DNA of 64,000 bases from Phyllobates terribilis (Eukaryota). The DNA lies in assembly GCF_046119375.1 (NCBI RefSeq), contig NW_027362761.1:314092001-314156000 (forward strand), given 5' to 3'. The notes under the pieces were generated by a model, which did no database searches, had not been told where the DNA came from, and was given only the letters and a program-made list of their open reading frames with translations. Below are positions 50,597-62,803 of the stretch, piece by piece. Each line of letters starts with the position of its first letter. Positions within the stretch are counted from its first letter, which is position 1. A program made the position numbers and the translations under genes.

Positions 50597-52968
50597 CCCC
50601 TTTACCCCCGAGGGTAATGACCAGGCCAATTTTTACAATTCTGACCACTGTCACTTTATGAGGTAATTACTCTGGAACGCTTCAACGGATCCCCCTGATT
50701 CTGAGAATGTTTTTTCTTGACATATTGTACTTCATGATTGTGGTAAAATTTCTTCGATATCACTTGCGTTTATTTGTGAAAAAAATGTGAATTTTGGCGA
50801 AAATGTTGAAAATTTTGCAATTTTCAAAATTTGAATTTTTATGCCCTTAAATCGGAGAGATATGTCACAGAAAACAGTTAATAAATAACATTTCCCACAT
50901 GTCTACTTTACATCAGCACAATTTTGGAACCAAAATTTTTTTTTGTTAGGGAGCTATAAGGGTTAAAAGTTGACCAGCGATTTCTCATTTTTCCAACAAA
51001 ATTTACAAAACCATTTTTTTAGGGACCACATCACATTTGAAGTCACTTTGAGGGGTATTATGACAGAAAATACCCAAAAGTGACACCATTCTAAAAACTG
51101 CACCCCTCAAGGTGCTCAAAACCACATTCAAGAACTTTATTAACCCTTCAGGTGCTTCACAGGAATTTTTGGAATGTGAATGAAAAAAATGAACATGTAA
51201 CTTTTTTCACAAAAATGTTACTTTAGACCCAATTTTTTTTATTTTCGCAGGGGTAACAAGAAAAAAATGGACCCCAAAATTTGTTGTGCAATTTCCCCTG
51301 GGCACGCAGATACCCCATATGTGGGGAAAAACCACTGTTTGGGCGCACGGAAGGGAAGGAGCGCCATTTGACTTTTTGATTGTAAAATTTGCTTGAATAA
51401 TTAGCGGACGCCATGTTGTGTTTGGAGAGCCCCTGATGTGCCTAAACAGTGGAAACCCCCCACAAGTGACCCCATTTTGGAAACTAGACCCCCCAAGGCA
51501 CCTATCTAGATGCATAGTGAGAACTTAGAACCCCTAGGTGCTTCACAAATTGATTTGTAAAAATGAAAAAGTATTTTTTTTCCACTTTTTCATTTTTACG
51601 AATCAATTTGTGAAGCACCTGGGGGTTCCAAGTGCTCACTATGCATCTAGATAGGTGCCTTGGGTGGTCTAGTTTCCAAAATGGGGTCACTTGTGGGGGA
51701 GCTCCAATGTTTAGGCACACAGGGGCTCTCCAAACGCTAACAATTTGAGCCAATTTTCTGTTCAATTTGTTAGCGGACACCATGTCACGTTTGGAGAGCC
51801 CCTGATGTGCCTAAACAGTGGAGCTCCCCCACAAGTGACCCCATTTTGGAAACTATACCCCTCAAGGATTTTATTAAGGGGTATAGTGAACATTTTGAAC
51901 CCAGAGGTACGACACAGAATTTGATAACATTAGGCATCATATTGAATAAGTTGTCATTACTCTTGAGCGCAAGTGCTCGCTACTTGAGTTTGCATCGGGT
52001 ACTCAGGTATGCATCATGTATCACGGGTGGTCAAGTGAAATGCTCGAGTCCCCGCCCGCATGTTTCACGGTTATTAGACACCCCAAAAAAAACATGCGGG
52101 GATCGCTCTTGCATGGCAGGTAATCCCCGCAAGGTTTTTTTTGGCCACGAAGCATATGGGGCGGAGACTCGAGCACCCGCGATACTCAGTGCATACCCGA
52201 GCACCCGATGCAAACTCAAGTAGCGAGCACTTGCATTCAACACTTGTTGCCATATCGTCATCTTTTTTTTTTTTTTTACTTTTGAAAAAAAACAACCCTA
52301 ACATTAGCACAACCCCAGCCCTAGCATTTATTTTTTATGGCGTTCCTCGTGCGGTATAAGTGATGAGATTACTTTATTCTTCGGGTCGGTGCGATTACAG
52401 CGATACCAGAATCATATCGGGTTTTTATGATTGACAGCTGTCACACACTAAAAAACACATATTTTGTAAAATCTAGTTTTTGCATCGCCATATTTTGGCC
52501 GACAGAGTCATGTGACGGCTTGTTTTTTGCGGGATGAGTTGACGTTTTTATTGGTGCCATTTTCAGGCATGTGACATTTTTGGATCGCTTTCTATTCCAG
52601 CTTTTGGGAGGCTGAATAAACAAAAACCAACAATTCAGGAATTGTGTTTTTTTACATTTTTTTATTCTGCTCCGGGTGTGGTAAAATTGATAAGGTAGCT
52701 TTATTCTTCGGGTCAGTACCTTTACAGCAGTACCACATTTATATCGTTTTTTTTATGTTTTGGCACTTTTACACAATAAAATCTATTTTATAGAAAAAAT
52801 TATTTTTTTGCATTGCTTTATTCTGAGAGCTGTAACTTTTTGATTTTTCGGATGATGGAGCTGTATGGCGGCTTGTTTTTTGCGCGATCGCGATGATATA
52901 CTAATACTGGTCAGGCTCTTAAAGCCAGGGCACTGACGCGTATTAATACGTCATGAGCTGTAAAGGGG
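50597..52968 (-). mobile_element. piggyBac-like non-autonomous element inside the Helitron
   Basis: TTAA|CCCCTTTA...TAAAGGGG|ATAA; interior is the reverse complement of much of 59391-62205. Confidence 0.82.
51958..52244. mobile_element. Palindromic hAT-type MITE
   Basis: CAAGTGCTCGCTACTTGAGTTTGCATCGGG / CCCGATGCAAACTCAAGTAGCGAGCACTTG arms; right end TCAACACT resembles the TIR of the 13084 hAT. Confidence 0.8.
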
Positions 52969-53699
52969 ATAAACACCGCTCTGCTGATTGGTTGCAACCG
53001 CCGGCTGCGACCAATCAGCAATTTTGGCGCCAAATTTAAACACTGCTCTGCTGATTGCGTCCGGACGGCCACATACATATTCTAGAATACCCGATGCGTT
53101 AGAATCGGGCCACCAGCTAGTATATAATAAATTGGGTTCAGTAGTTCAATGCAGTTTGTGGGGAATATTTTTTTCATAAGAATTTGGGAAAGTTATGAAA
53201 TGTCCTATAAATGTCTGTCACATTCCTCATCTAAGGGTCTAGACCAGTGCTGGCGAATCTATGGCACGCGTGCCAGAGTGGGCACGCAGAGCTCTCCCTA
53301 AGGGCACGTGCACCATTTCCGCAGCACTAGCGCTCCTGGACCAGGACCTGGCCCGGCGGGTGAGTACTCGGAGCCCGCCGACGCCAGTCCCCATTTCCGC
53401 TAGATGTGCGTTCTCTGACACACATCTAGCTGAAGTGTATTGCAGCGCACGAGTTGCCAAGCCCGTGCGCCGCAATACACGCTGCTGGCCAATCAGAGGC
53501 CAGCAGCTGATGTCAGCGTACACGCGACCGGGCGCATGGCAGTAACGTCATGCGCCCCCGTCGATAGGACGTTGTAATCAGCTGCCGGCTACAGGAGAGG
53601 ATGCGGCGCGGGAGAGGAAGGAAGGTGAGTAGGAGTGTTTATTAAGTTTTCTTTTTATATGAACAGTGGTGCCAGCAGGATGGAATGGGTGGCGGGACA

Positions 53700-54610
53700 G
53701 CAATATACACATGGAATGGGGGGGCGGGAGGGAAAGAGCATATATACATGGAATGGGGGAGCGGGAGCGAAAGGGCATATATATACATGGAATGGGGGGG
53801 CGGGAGGGAAAGGGCATATATACACATGGAATGGGGGGGGAGGGAAAGGGCATATATATACATGGAATGGGGGGGCGGGAGGGAAAGGGCATATATATAC
53901 AGGGAATGGGGGGGCGGGAGGGAAAGGGCATATATATACATGGAATGGGGGGGGCGGGAGGGAAAGGGCATATATATACATGGAATGGGGGGGGGCGGGA
54001 GGGAAAGGGTATATATATACATGGAGTTGGGGGGGACGGGAGGGAAAGGGCATATATATACATGGAATGGGGGGGGCGGGAGGGAAAGCGCATATATATA
54101 CCTGGAATGGGGGGCGGGAGGGAAAGGGCATATATATATATATATACATGGAATGGGGAGGCGGGAGGGAAAGGGCATATATATATATATATACATGGAA
54201 TGGGGGGGCGGGAGGGAAAGGGCATATATATACATGGAATGGGGGGGTGGGAGGGAAAGTGCTTATATATACATGGAATGGGGGGCGGGATTTAAAGGGC
54301 ATATATATACATGGAATGGGGGGTGGGAGGGAAAGTGCATATATATACATGGAATGGGGGGGCGGGAGGAAAAGGGCATATATATACACACATGGATTGG
54401 GGGGGAGGGAAAGGGCATATATATACATGGAATGGGGGGGAGGGAGGGAAAGGGCATATATATACATGGAATGGGGGGGCGGGAGGGAAAGGGCATATAT
54501 ATACATGGAATGGGGGGGCGGGAGGGAAAGGGCATATATACACATGGAATGGGGGGGGGCGGGAGGGAAAGGGCATATATATATACATGGAATGGGGGGG
54601 GCGACCGGGA
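53700..54610 (+). repeat. G-rich ~38-bp minisatellite (continues 56607-56654 and 58251-58500)
   Basis: CATATATATACATGGAATGGGGGGCGGGAGGGAAAGGG repeated. Confidence 0.96.
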
Positions 54611-54617
54611 AAGAGCA

Positions 54618-56606
54618 TGTTATGCACACGCCCGGACTGACTGGCATGTGCGTGATTTAGTGATTCCACTGTGCCATAAACCGGAGAATGCCGGGAGGGG
54701 CGTAACTAAGTATCAACCCGATCCGACCCAGGTCGCACCACGGCTAACGACGCCAGTGCACCAGGGAGGAACCGAGCAGAGGGACCAGGTGCTACTCCAG
54801 GTCAGACCCCGGACATGGCTGTTGACCCACACCGGGGAATACAGGAACAGGCAGGTTAGGCTGGCACACAGACTGGTGGGTATTGGTAGGCATGGCTGAC
54901 ATACAGACGGGGAGGTACTGGCAAGCACGGCTGGAGTGCAGACGGGATAGGGTCCAGTACAGACTGGGACTCAGGAACAGAACCGCAGATGCGGTAGACA
55001 AGCAGAGCAGAGAGGAACCGCCGGAGCGGTGGGCAAGACAGAGCAGAGAGATACCGCCGGAGCGGTGAGTAAGTCATAGCAGGGCGAAACCGCTGGGGCG
55101 GTGAGCAAGGCAGGGCAGAGCGACACCGCCGGAGCGGTGAGCAAGGCAGAGCAGAGAGATACCGCCGGAGCGGTGAGCAAGGCAGAGCAGAGAGATACCG
55201 CCGGAGCGGTGAGCAAGGCAGAGCAGGCAGGAACCGCCGGAGCGGTGAGCAAGGCAGAGCAGGCAGGAGCCGCCGGAGCGGTGAGCAAGGCAGAGCGGGA
55301 AACCGCCGGAGCGGTGAACAAGGTAGAGCGGGCAGAAACCGCCGGAGCGGTGAGCAAGGCAAAGCGGCCAGAAACCGCCGGAGCGGTGAACAAGGCAGAG
55401 GCAGGCAGGAACCGCCAGAGCGGTGAGCAAGTCAGAGCAGGGCGAAACCGCCGGGGCGGTGAGCAAGGCAGGGCAGGGCGAAACCGCCGGAGCGGTGAGC
55501 AAGGCAGAGCAGAGAGATACCGACGGAGCGGTGAGCAAGGTAGAGCAGGCAGGAACCGCCGGAGCGGTGAGCAAGGCAGAGCAGGCAGGAGCCGTCGGAG
55601 CGGTGAGCAAGGCAGAGCAGGCAGGAGCCGCCGGAGCGGTGAGCAGGGCAGAGCGGGAAACCGCCGGAGCGGTGAACAAGGTAGAGCGGGCAGAAACCGC
55701 CGGAGCGGTGAGCAAGGCAGAGTGGCCAGAAACCGCCGAAGCGGTGAGCAAGGCAGAGCAGAGAGAAACCGCCGGAGCGGTGAGCAATGGCAGAGCAGAG
55801 GAGACAGGGCTCAGTTCACACGGAACAGACTGAAAGGGAAAGGCAGAACCAGATACACACAAGGTACATGCAAAGAAGTAGCGAGTGGACTCTAAACTCA
55901 CAAACGGAAGTACAGTGACAAGGAGTAGGAGTTAGGTGCGGGTTCAGACTCTGCAGGAAAAGGGAAGGTACGGACATAGAGAAAAACATGTAACAGGCTA
56001 GGAGAGTGTTCAGACAGGAACTGAGTGTTCAGACAGGAACTGACACTGCAGCGAGAAACAGGAGCGAGTCTGGGTAAGTGGACCCCAGAATGGCGGGACG
56101 AACAGGCAAGGAGCGTGTTCAGACTGGCCTGGAAATACAGCCTCCAGGAAGGCGGACAGACAGGCAAGAAAACACAGATAACAGATCTAGGTATGCGGCC
56201 CTTAGAAGGCGGGACGAACAGGCTAGGAGCGTGTTCAGACTGGCCTGGAAATAAAGCCTCCAGGAAGGCGGACAGACAACAGGCTAGGAGATAGTTCAGA
56301 CAGGACCTGGTACATCAGAGGGAAGAAGCCCACTAAAGGAACGAGTTGCTCAGGCACTAGCTTCCAGGTGAAGCTGGTTTAAATATCCAGTGACAGACTG
56401 CAATAGGCTGAGGATGCATTAGGGGTGTGCCCACAGCAGCTACAAGAAACAGGAAGTAACCGGGCCGCCGCCCTAAGCAGTCAGAACAGAGACAAACAGA
56501 CAGCATGAATAGAAGCCAGGCTAGCAGACTGGACAGAAGATCAAGTTTGCCATCTTGCATAGTGAGAGATGGAGCACCATGCAAGCCCGCCACCAGGTAT
56601 GTTACA
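54618..56606. mobile_element. ~2-kb solo LTR with internal ~33-36-bp tandem repeats
   Basis: TGTTATG...GTTACA with 5-bp TSD GAGCA; ACCGCCGGAGCGGTGAGCAAGGCAGAGC array 55010-55800; no internal coding domains. Confidence 0.82.
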
Positions 56607-56654
56607 GAGCATATATATACATGGAATAGGGGGGCGGGAGGGAAAGGGCATATA

Positions 56655-58250
56655 CGGTACAGTCCAAAAGTTTGGACACACCTTCTCATTTAAAGATTTT
56701 TCATGACTATGAAAATTGTATATTCACACTGAAGGCATCAAAACTATAAATTAACATACATGGAATTATATAGTTAACCAAAAAGTGTGAAACAACTGAA
56801 AATATGTCTTCTATTCTAGGTTCTTCAAAGTAGCCACCTTTTGCTTTGATGACTGCTTTGCACACTCTTGGCATTCTCTTGATGAGCTTCAAGAGGTAGT
56901 CACCGGAAATGGTCTTCCAACAATCTTGAAGGAGTTCCCAGAGATGCTTAGCACTTGTTGGCCCTTTTGCCTTCACTCTGCGGTCCAGCTCACCCCAAAC
57001 CATCTCGATTGGTGACTGTGGAGGTCAGGTCATCTGGCGTAGCACCCTATCACTCTCCCTCTTGGTCAAATAGCCCTTACACAGCCTGGAGGTGTGTTTG
57101 GGGTCATTGTCCTGTTGAAAAATAAATGATGGTCCAACTAAACGCAAACCGGATGGAATAGCATGGCGCTGCAAGATGCTGTGGTAGCCATGCTGGTTCA
57201 GTATGCCTTCAATTTTGAATAAATCCCCAACAGTGTCACCAGCAAAGCACCATCACACCTCCTCCTCCATGCTTCACGGTGGGAACCAGGCATGTAGAGT
57301 CCATCCGTTCACCTTTTCTGCGTCGCACAAAGACACGGTGGTTGGAACCAAAGATCTCAAATTTGGACTCATCAGCCCAAAGCACAGATTTCCACTGGTC
57401 TAATGTCCATTCCTTGTGTTCTTTAGCCCAAAAAAGTCTCTTCTGCTTGTTGCCTGTCCTTAGCAGTGGTTTCCTAGCAGCTATTTTACCATGAAGGCCT
57501 GCTGCACAAAGTCTCCTCTTAACAGTTGTTGTAGAGATGTGTCTGCTGCTAGAACTCTGTATGGCATTGACCTGGTCTCTAATCTGAGATGCTGTTAACC
57601 TGCGATTTCTGAGGCTGGTGACTCTGATAAACTTATCCTCAGAAGCAGAGGTGACTCTTGGTCTTCCTTTTCTGGGGCGGTCCTCATGTGAGCCAGTTTC
57701 TTTGTAGCGCTTGATGGTTTTTGCAACTGCACTTGGGGACTCTTTCAAAGTTTTCCCATTTTTTTACACTGACTGACCTTCATTTCTTAAAGTAATGATG
57801 GCCACTCGTTTTTCTTTACTTAGCTGCTTTTTTTCTTGCCATAATACAAATTCTAACAGTCTATTCAGTAGGTGTATCCACCAGACTTCTGCACAACACA
57901 ACTGATGGTCCCAACCCCATTTATAAGGCAAGAAATCCCACTTATTAAACCTGACAGGGCGCACCTGTGAAGTGAAAACCATTTCCGGTGACTACCTCTT
58001 GAAGCTCATCAAGAGAATGCCAAGAGTGTGCACAGCAGTCATCAAAACAAAAGGTAGCTACTTTGAAGAACCTAGAATATAAGATATATTTTCAGTTGTT
58101 TCACACTTTTTTTTGTATATATGTATATAATTCCACATGTGTTAATTCATAGTTTTGATGCCTTCAGTGTGAATGTACAATTTTCAAAGTCATGAAAATA
58201 CAGAAAAATCTTTAAATGAGAAGGTGTGTCCAAACTTTTGGTCTGTACTG
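56655..58250 (-). mobile_element. Tc1-like element, same family as 47233, degenerate
   Basis: C(G)GTACAG(T)CCAAAAGTTTGG...GGTCTGTACTG|TA; minus-strand transposase ORFs 57236-57748 and 56707-57003. Confidence 0.94.
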
Positions 58251-59035
58251 TATATACATGGAATGGGGGGGATAGGAGGGAAAGGGCATATATATACACA
58301 TGGAATGGGGGGGGCGGGAGGGAAATGGCATATATATATATACATGGAATGGGGGGGCGGGAGGGAAAGGGCATATATCTACATGGAATGGAGGGGGCGG
58401 GAGGGAAAGGGCATATATGTCAATAGAATGGGGGTGGGGGGTGGGAGGGAAAGGGCATATATATCCATGAATTGGGGGGGGCAGCCATATATATATGAAT
58501 GGGGGCATATAACAAGATGGGGGTGAGCACATTCTTTATTTCTGCAGTCTCATACCTCTGCTCCTTCCTCTGGCTGCTCTATGCTACCCTTGTCTGCTCT
58601 CTGTACGAGTTGTTTTTTCTAAACTAAAACCTCAGTATTCAGGTTCATTTGCCGTGTTGGCACTTGGCGATAAATAAGTGGGTTTTGGATTGCAGTTTGG
58701 GCACTTGGACTGTAAAAGGTTCGCCATCACTGGTCTAGACTTTTAGCTGAGATGAATCTGTGCTACAGTAAATTTATCACTTAAACATGAGCCATGTATG
58801 AGGGAGATGGAGTTGGAGTCGGTGTCATGGAAATTGAGAAATCGGAGGTTTGGCTTACCGACTCCACAGCCCTGGTGCCTAGTGTGAAATAGTGTGTCTG
58901 GTTTTGGCTTTGATCCTAAGCGATGGGGCAAGTCTCGTTAAAGGGTTGATATTGACTTTTAGGATTGCAACTTTAAATAGGTGGCACTAGCGTTCAAATC
59001 CCCTTCCATTCTAGAGAAATAATTTGTATATTTAA

Positions 59036-59386
59036 AGAGGGTGTCCACTACTTTAACCATGATGGCCTATCCTTGACACTCGGCATCCTCGCCAATCAGC
59101 TGTTCTTGGTGTCGGCGGCGGCCACATCTGACCAGATACGGAGCTGCACAGCGCAGCTCCGTCAACTGTATAGTGGCTATGGACGGGTACTGCACATCTG
59201 CCCCCTATCCAAATCATTAGAGGGCGGATGTGCAGTACCCGGCTGTGGCCAATATTCAGTAGACGGAGCTGCGCTGTGCCACTCCGTAACTGGTCAGTTC
59301 CGGCCAACACCAACAACAGCTGATCGGCGGGGGTGTCTGGTATAGGCCAGGATAGGCCATCAATGTTAAAGTAGCAGATAACCTCT
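59036..59386. mobile_element. T2/Kolobok-type MITE
   Basis: TTAA|AGAGGGTGTCCACTACTTTAAC...GTTAAAGTAGCAGATAACCTCT|TTAA with palindromic interior. Confidence 0.85.
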
Positions 59387-59390
59387 TTAA

Positions 59391-62205
59391 CCGCTTCCCG
59401 ACCGCCCACTGTACATAAACGTCGGCGCTGCCTGGGCTCTGTGCAGCGCTGACGTTTATAAACGGTCGGTGGTCCCGCAGCGTTCAGGACCCCCAGGGTC
59501 CTGCAAGTGCTGCGGGTGAGGTGCAGAGCGACAGCTCTGACAGGGGACATCATCGGGACCTGATTGGATCAGGTCCCAATGATGTTAACCCTTTGCTATC
59601 TTCTAGATGCCGCGATCTATAGTGATCGCGGCATTTAGAAGATAGAGGACAGGGGGTCGTCCACTTACCTCTGGACGGCCCCCTGATGTCTGAGAGGACC
59701 TGCCGTTGTCATGGCAGCCGGAGGTCACATGACCGCCTCCGGGTCTGCCATGTACGGAGTCCTGCTAGGTTCAGCCTGCAGCTGAGTCTAGCAGGAGATA
59801 ATGACAGTTTTACACTGTTAGCAGAGCTCTCATGCAATGCAATACATGTCTATTGCATTGCATGAGAACAGTGATTATAAAAATAAAAATTAATGTCCCA
59901 TACAGGGACTAAGTAAAAATGTAAAAAAAAGTCTAAAAAATGTTTTCAAACTGTTAAAAAAAATCACAAAATAAATAAAATATTAAACTAATAAATCCGT
60001 ATATTTATGCAAAAACAAAAAAAGTACACATATTTGGTATCGTCGCGTCCGAAACAACCCGATCTTTAAAACTGTCACACTAATTAACTCCTTCTGTGCA
60101 CACCGTAAAAAAATTAAATAAAAAACGGAGCAAAAAACTATGCTTTTTCATCATATCGCCAAACAAAAAATATAAAAAGTGATCAAAAAGCGAAATGGAA
60201 ATAAAAATGGTACCGCAGAAAACGTCATCTTGTTCCGCAAAAAAAAAGCCGCCATACAGCTCCATCAGCCGAAAAATGAAAAAGTTATAGCTCTCAGAAT
60301 AAAGCGATGTAAAAAAAAATATTTTTTCTATAAAATTGTTTTGTGTAAAAGCGCCAAAAGATAAAAAAAAAATATACGGTAAGTGTAGTATCGCTGTAAA
60401 TGTACTGACCCAAAGATTAACGCTGCCTTATCACTTTTACCACACGCAGAGCGGCATAAAAAAAACCCTCAAAAAACAATTCCTGAATTGGTGGTTTTTG
60501 TTCATTTTACCTCCCAAAAAACGGAATAGAAAGCGATCAAAAAATGTCACGTACCCAAAAATGGTACCAATAAAAATGTCATCTCGTCCCGCAAAAAAAC
60601 AAGCTGTCACATGACTCTGTCGGCCGAAATATGGAAAAATTATAGCTCTCAAAATATGGCGATGCAAAAACTAGATTTTGCAAAAAAAAAGCGTCTTTTA
60701 GTGTGACAGCTGTCAATCATAAAAACCCGATATGAATCTGGTATCTCTGTAATCGCAACGACCTGAAGAATAAAGTAATCTCATCACTTATACCGCACGA
60801 GGAACGGCGTAAATAATAAATAAAACCAATTCTTCACCTGCTACTGATTTGTTTATTATGTCTCCCAAAGATCGCAGTAAAAAATACTCACTACTTCCCT
60901 AGATGAATTCCTTGAGAGGTGTAGTTTACAAAATGGGGTCACTTGTGGGGGTTTCTGCTGTTTCGGCATGTCAGCGACTCTTCAAATGTGACATGGTGTC
61001 TGCAACCTATCCCAGCCAACATAGCGCTCCTTTCTCTTCCGAACCCTGCCGTACACCAAAGCAGTGGTTTTCCCCCACATATGGGGTATCTGCGTACTCA
61101 GGAGAAATTGCACAACAAATTTCATGGTGCAATTTATCCTATTACCCTTATGATAATGCAAAATTAAGGGATGAAAAACATTTTTTGTGGGAAAAAAGTG
61201 AAAATTTTATTTTTATGGCTCAATATTATAAACTTCTGTGAAGCACCTGGGGGTGCAAGGTGCTCACCACACATCTAGATAAGTTCCCTAAGGGGTCTAG
61301 TTTCCAAAATGGTGTCACTTGTGGGGGGTTTCTACTGTTTAGGCACATCAGGGGCTCCCCAAATGCAACATGGCGTCTGCTAATTATTCAAACAAATTTT
61401 ACATTCAAAAAGTCTAATGGCGCTCCTTCCCTTCCGAACCCTGCAATGCGCCCAAACAGTGGTTTTCCCTCACATATGGGGTATCAGCGCGCTCATAAGA
61501 AATTGCACTACAAATTGTTTAGTCCATTTTTTCCTGTTACCCTTGTGAAAATAAAAAAATGAAGTCTAAAGTAACATTTTTGTGAAAAAAGTTCAATGTT
61601 CATTGTTTTCTTCCACATTCCAAAAATTACCGTGAAGCACCTGAAGTGTTAATAAACTTCTTGAATGTGGTTTTGAGCACCTTGAGGGATGCAGTTTTTA
61701 GAATGGTGTCACTTCTGGGTATTTTCTGTCATAAAGGCCCCTCAAAGTCACTTCAAATAAGATGTGGTCCCTAAAAAAATGTTTTTGTAAATTTTGTTGA
61801 AAATGAGAAATCACTGGTCAACTTTTAACCCTTATAGCTCCCTAACAAAAAAAAAATGTTGGTTCCAAAAATGTGCTGATGTAAAGTAGACATGTGGGAA
61901 ATGTTATTTATTAACTATTTTGTGTGATATATCTCTCTGATTTAAGGGCATGAAAATTCAAAGTTTGAAAATTGCAAAATTTTCAAAATTTTCGCCAAAT
62001 TTCCGATTTTTTCACAAATAAACGCAAGTGATATCGAAGAAATGTTACCACTATCATGAAGTACAATATGTCACGAAAAAGCAGTCTCAGAATCAGTGGG
62101 ATCCGTTGAAGCGTTCCAGAGTAATTACTTCATAAAGTGACAGTGGTCAGAATTGAAAAAATTGGCCAGGTCACGAAGGCGAAAACAGGCTCTGGCGCGA
62201 AGTGG
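59391..62205 (+). mobile_element. piggyBac-like non-autonomous element
   Basis: TTAA|CCGCTTC...GAAGTGG|TTAT; shares interior and right end with the 49048 and 50597 copies. Confidence 0.82.
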
Positions 62206-62342
62206 TTATGATGATATATAAATAAATATGCATGTGGGGACTGATAAGGGGGCAGATACAAACCCTGCATAGGACTGTCAAGTGTCCCCACCTGATGCAG
62301 ATAGTCATATATCCCTCTTATTTTATTTATTTTTTATCATAG

Positions 62343-62370
62343 GTGTTTCAGCTCATGGAACTGCAAACAG
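62343..62370 (+). CDS. Host gene coding exon 4 (28-nt micro-exon)
   Basis: T-rich tract + CATAG acceptor, VFQLMELQT+G, CAG|GTAATA donor; phase 0 in, 1 out. Confidence 0.8.
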
Positions 62371-62538
62371 GTAATAATAACATGTTTGTATTTTGAGGGT
62401 TTTTTTTCTTTCTTTTTATTGATGCACAATAAAAACAATATTTAATAATTATTAATATTTTTTGCTTATTCTAATTTTTATTTCATTGCCATGTATGTAG
62501 TAATTGCAGACTGCACATTTTTTATCTTATCATTGTAG

Positions 62539-62687
62539 TATGTATGTGTTTGGAAGGAAGCCCCTCTGGACGGACATATTTTGCGAAAAATCTACAAGCT
62601 TTACTTTCAAAAATGTCTTTAACTTTTTCTTCAATGTTACGTGGAGAATTTGCTCACAGTGCTGATTACTGTCATCTCTGTGTTAAA
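62539..62687 (+). CDS. Host gene coding exon 5 (gene continues beyond the window)
   Basis: TTGTAG acceptor, 149 nt (V)CMCLEGSPSGRTYFAKNLQALLSKMSLTFSSMLRGEFAHSADYCHLCVK, AAA|GTAAGG donor; phase 1 in, 0 out. Confidence 0.85.
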
Positions 62688-62803
62688 GTAAGGTGAAAAT
62701 CTGTTTTGATTGTTGTACTAAACTGTATTTTTACAGCCACAGTTGTGATTGTGTGGAAGTCAGAGAACTGAATATTTACGGGTCACACATTACAGCAGAG
62801 TAA

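Larger units (their letters stand above)
50109..53120 (+). mobile_element. Non-autonomous Helitron
   Basis: A|TC 5' start, 3' hairpin CCCGATGCGTTAGAATCGGG followed by CTAG|T, no TSD. Confidence 0.78.
53245..58732. mobile_element. Second non-autonomous hAT (Charlie/Buster-type target)
   Basis: TIR CAGTGCTGGCGAA / TTCGCCATCACTG with perfect 8-bp TSD GTCTAGAC. Confidence 0.92.
50056..58874. mobile_element. Non-autonomous hAT (outer shell of nest)
   Basis: TIR CAGGGCTGTGGAGTCGG / CCGACTCCACAGCCCTG with perfect 8-bp TSD GTGCCTAG. Confidence 0.93.

Noticed and set aside
53578-55901. Pro/Gly/Ala-rich ORFs resembling collagen- or mucin-like proteins
   Set aside because: Come from the G-rich minisatellite and the LTR-internal array; no splice or codon evidence.
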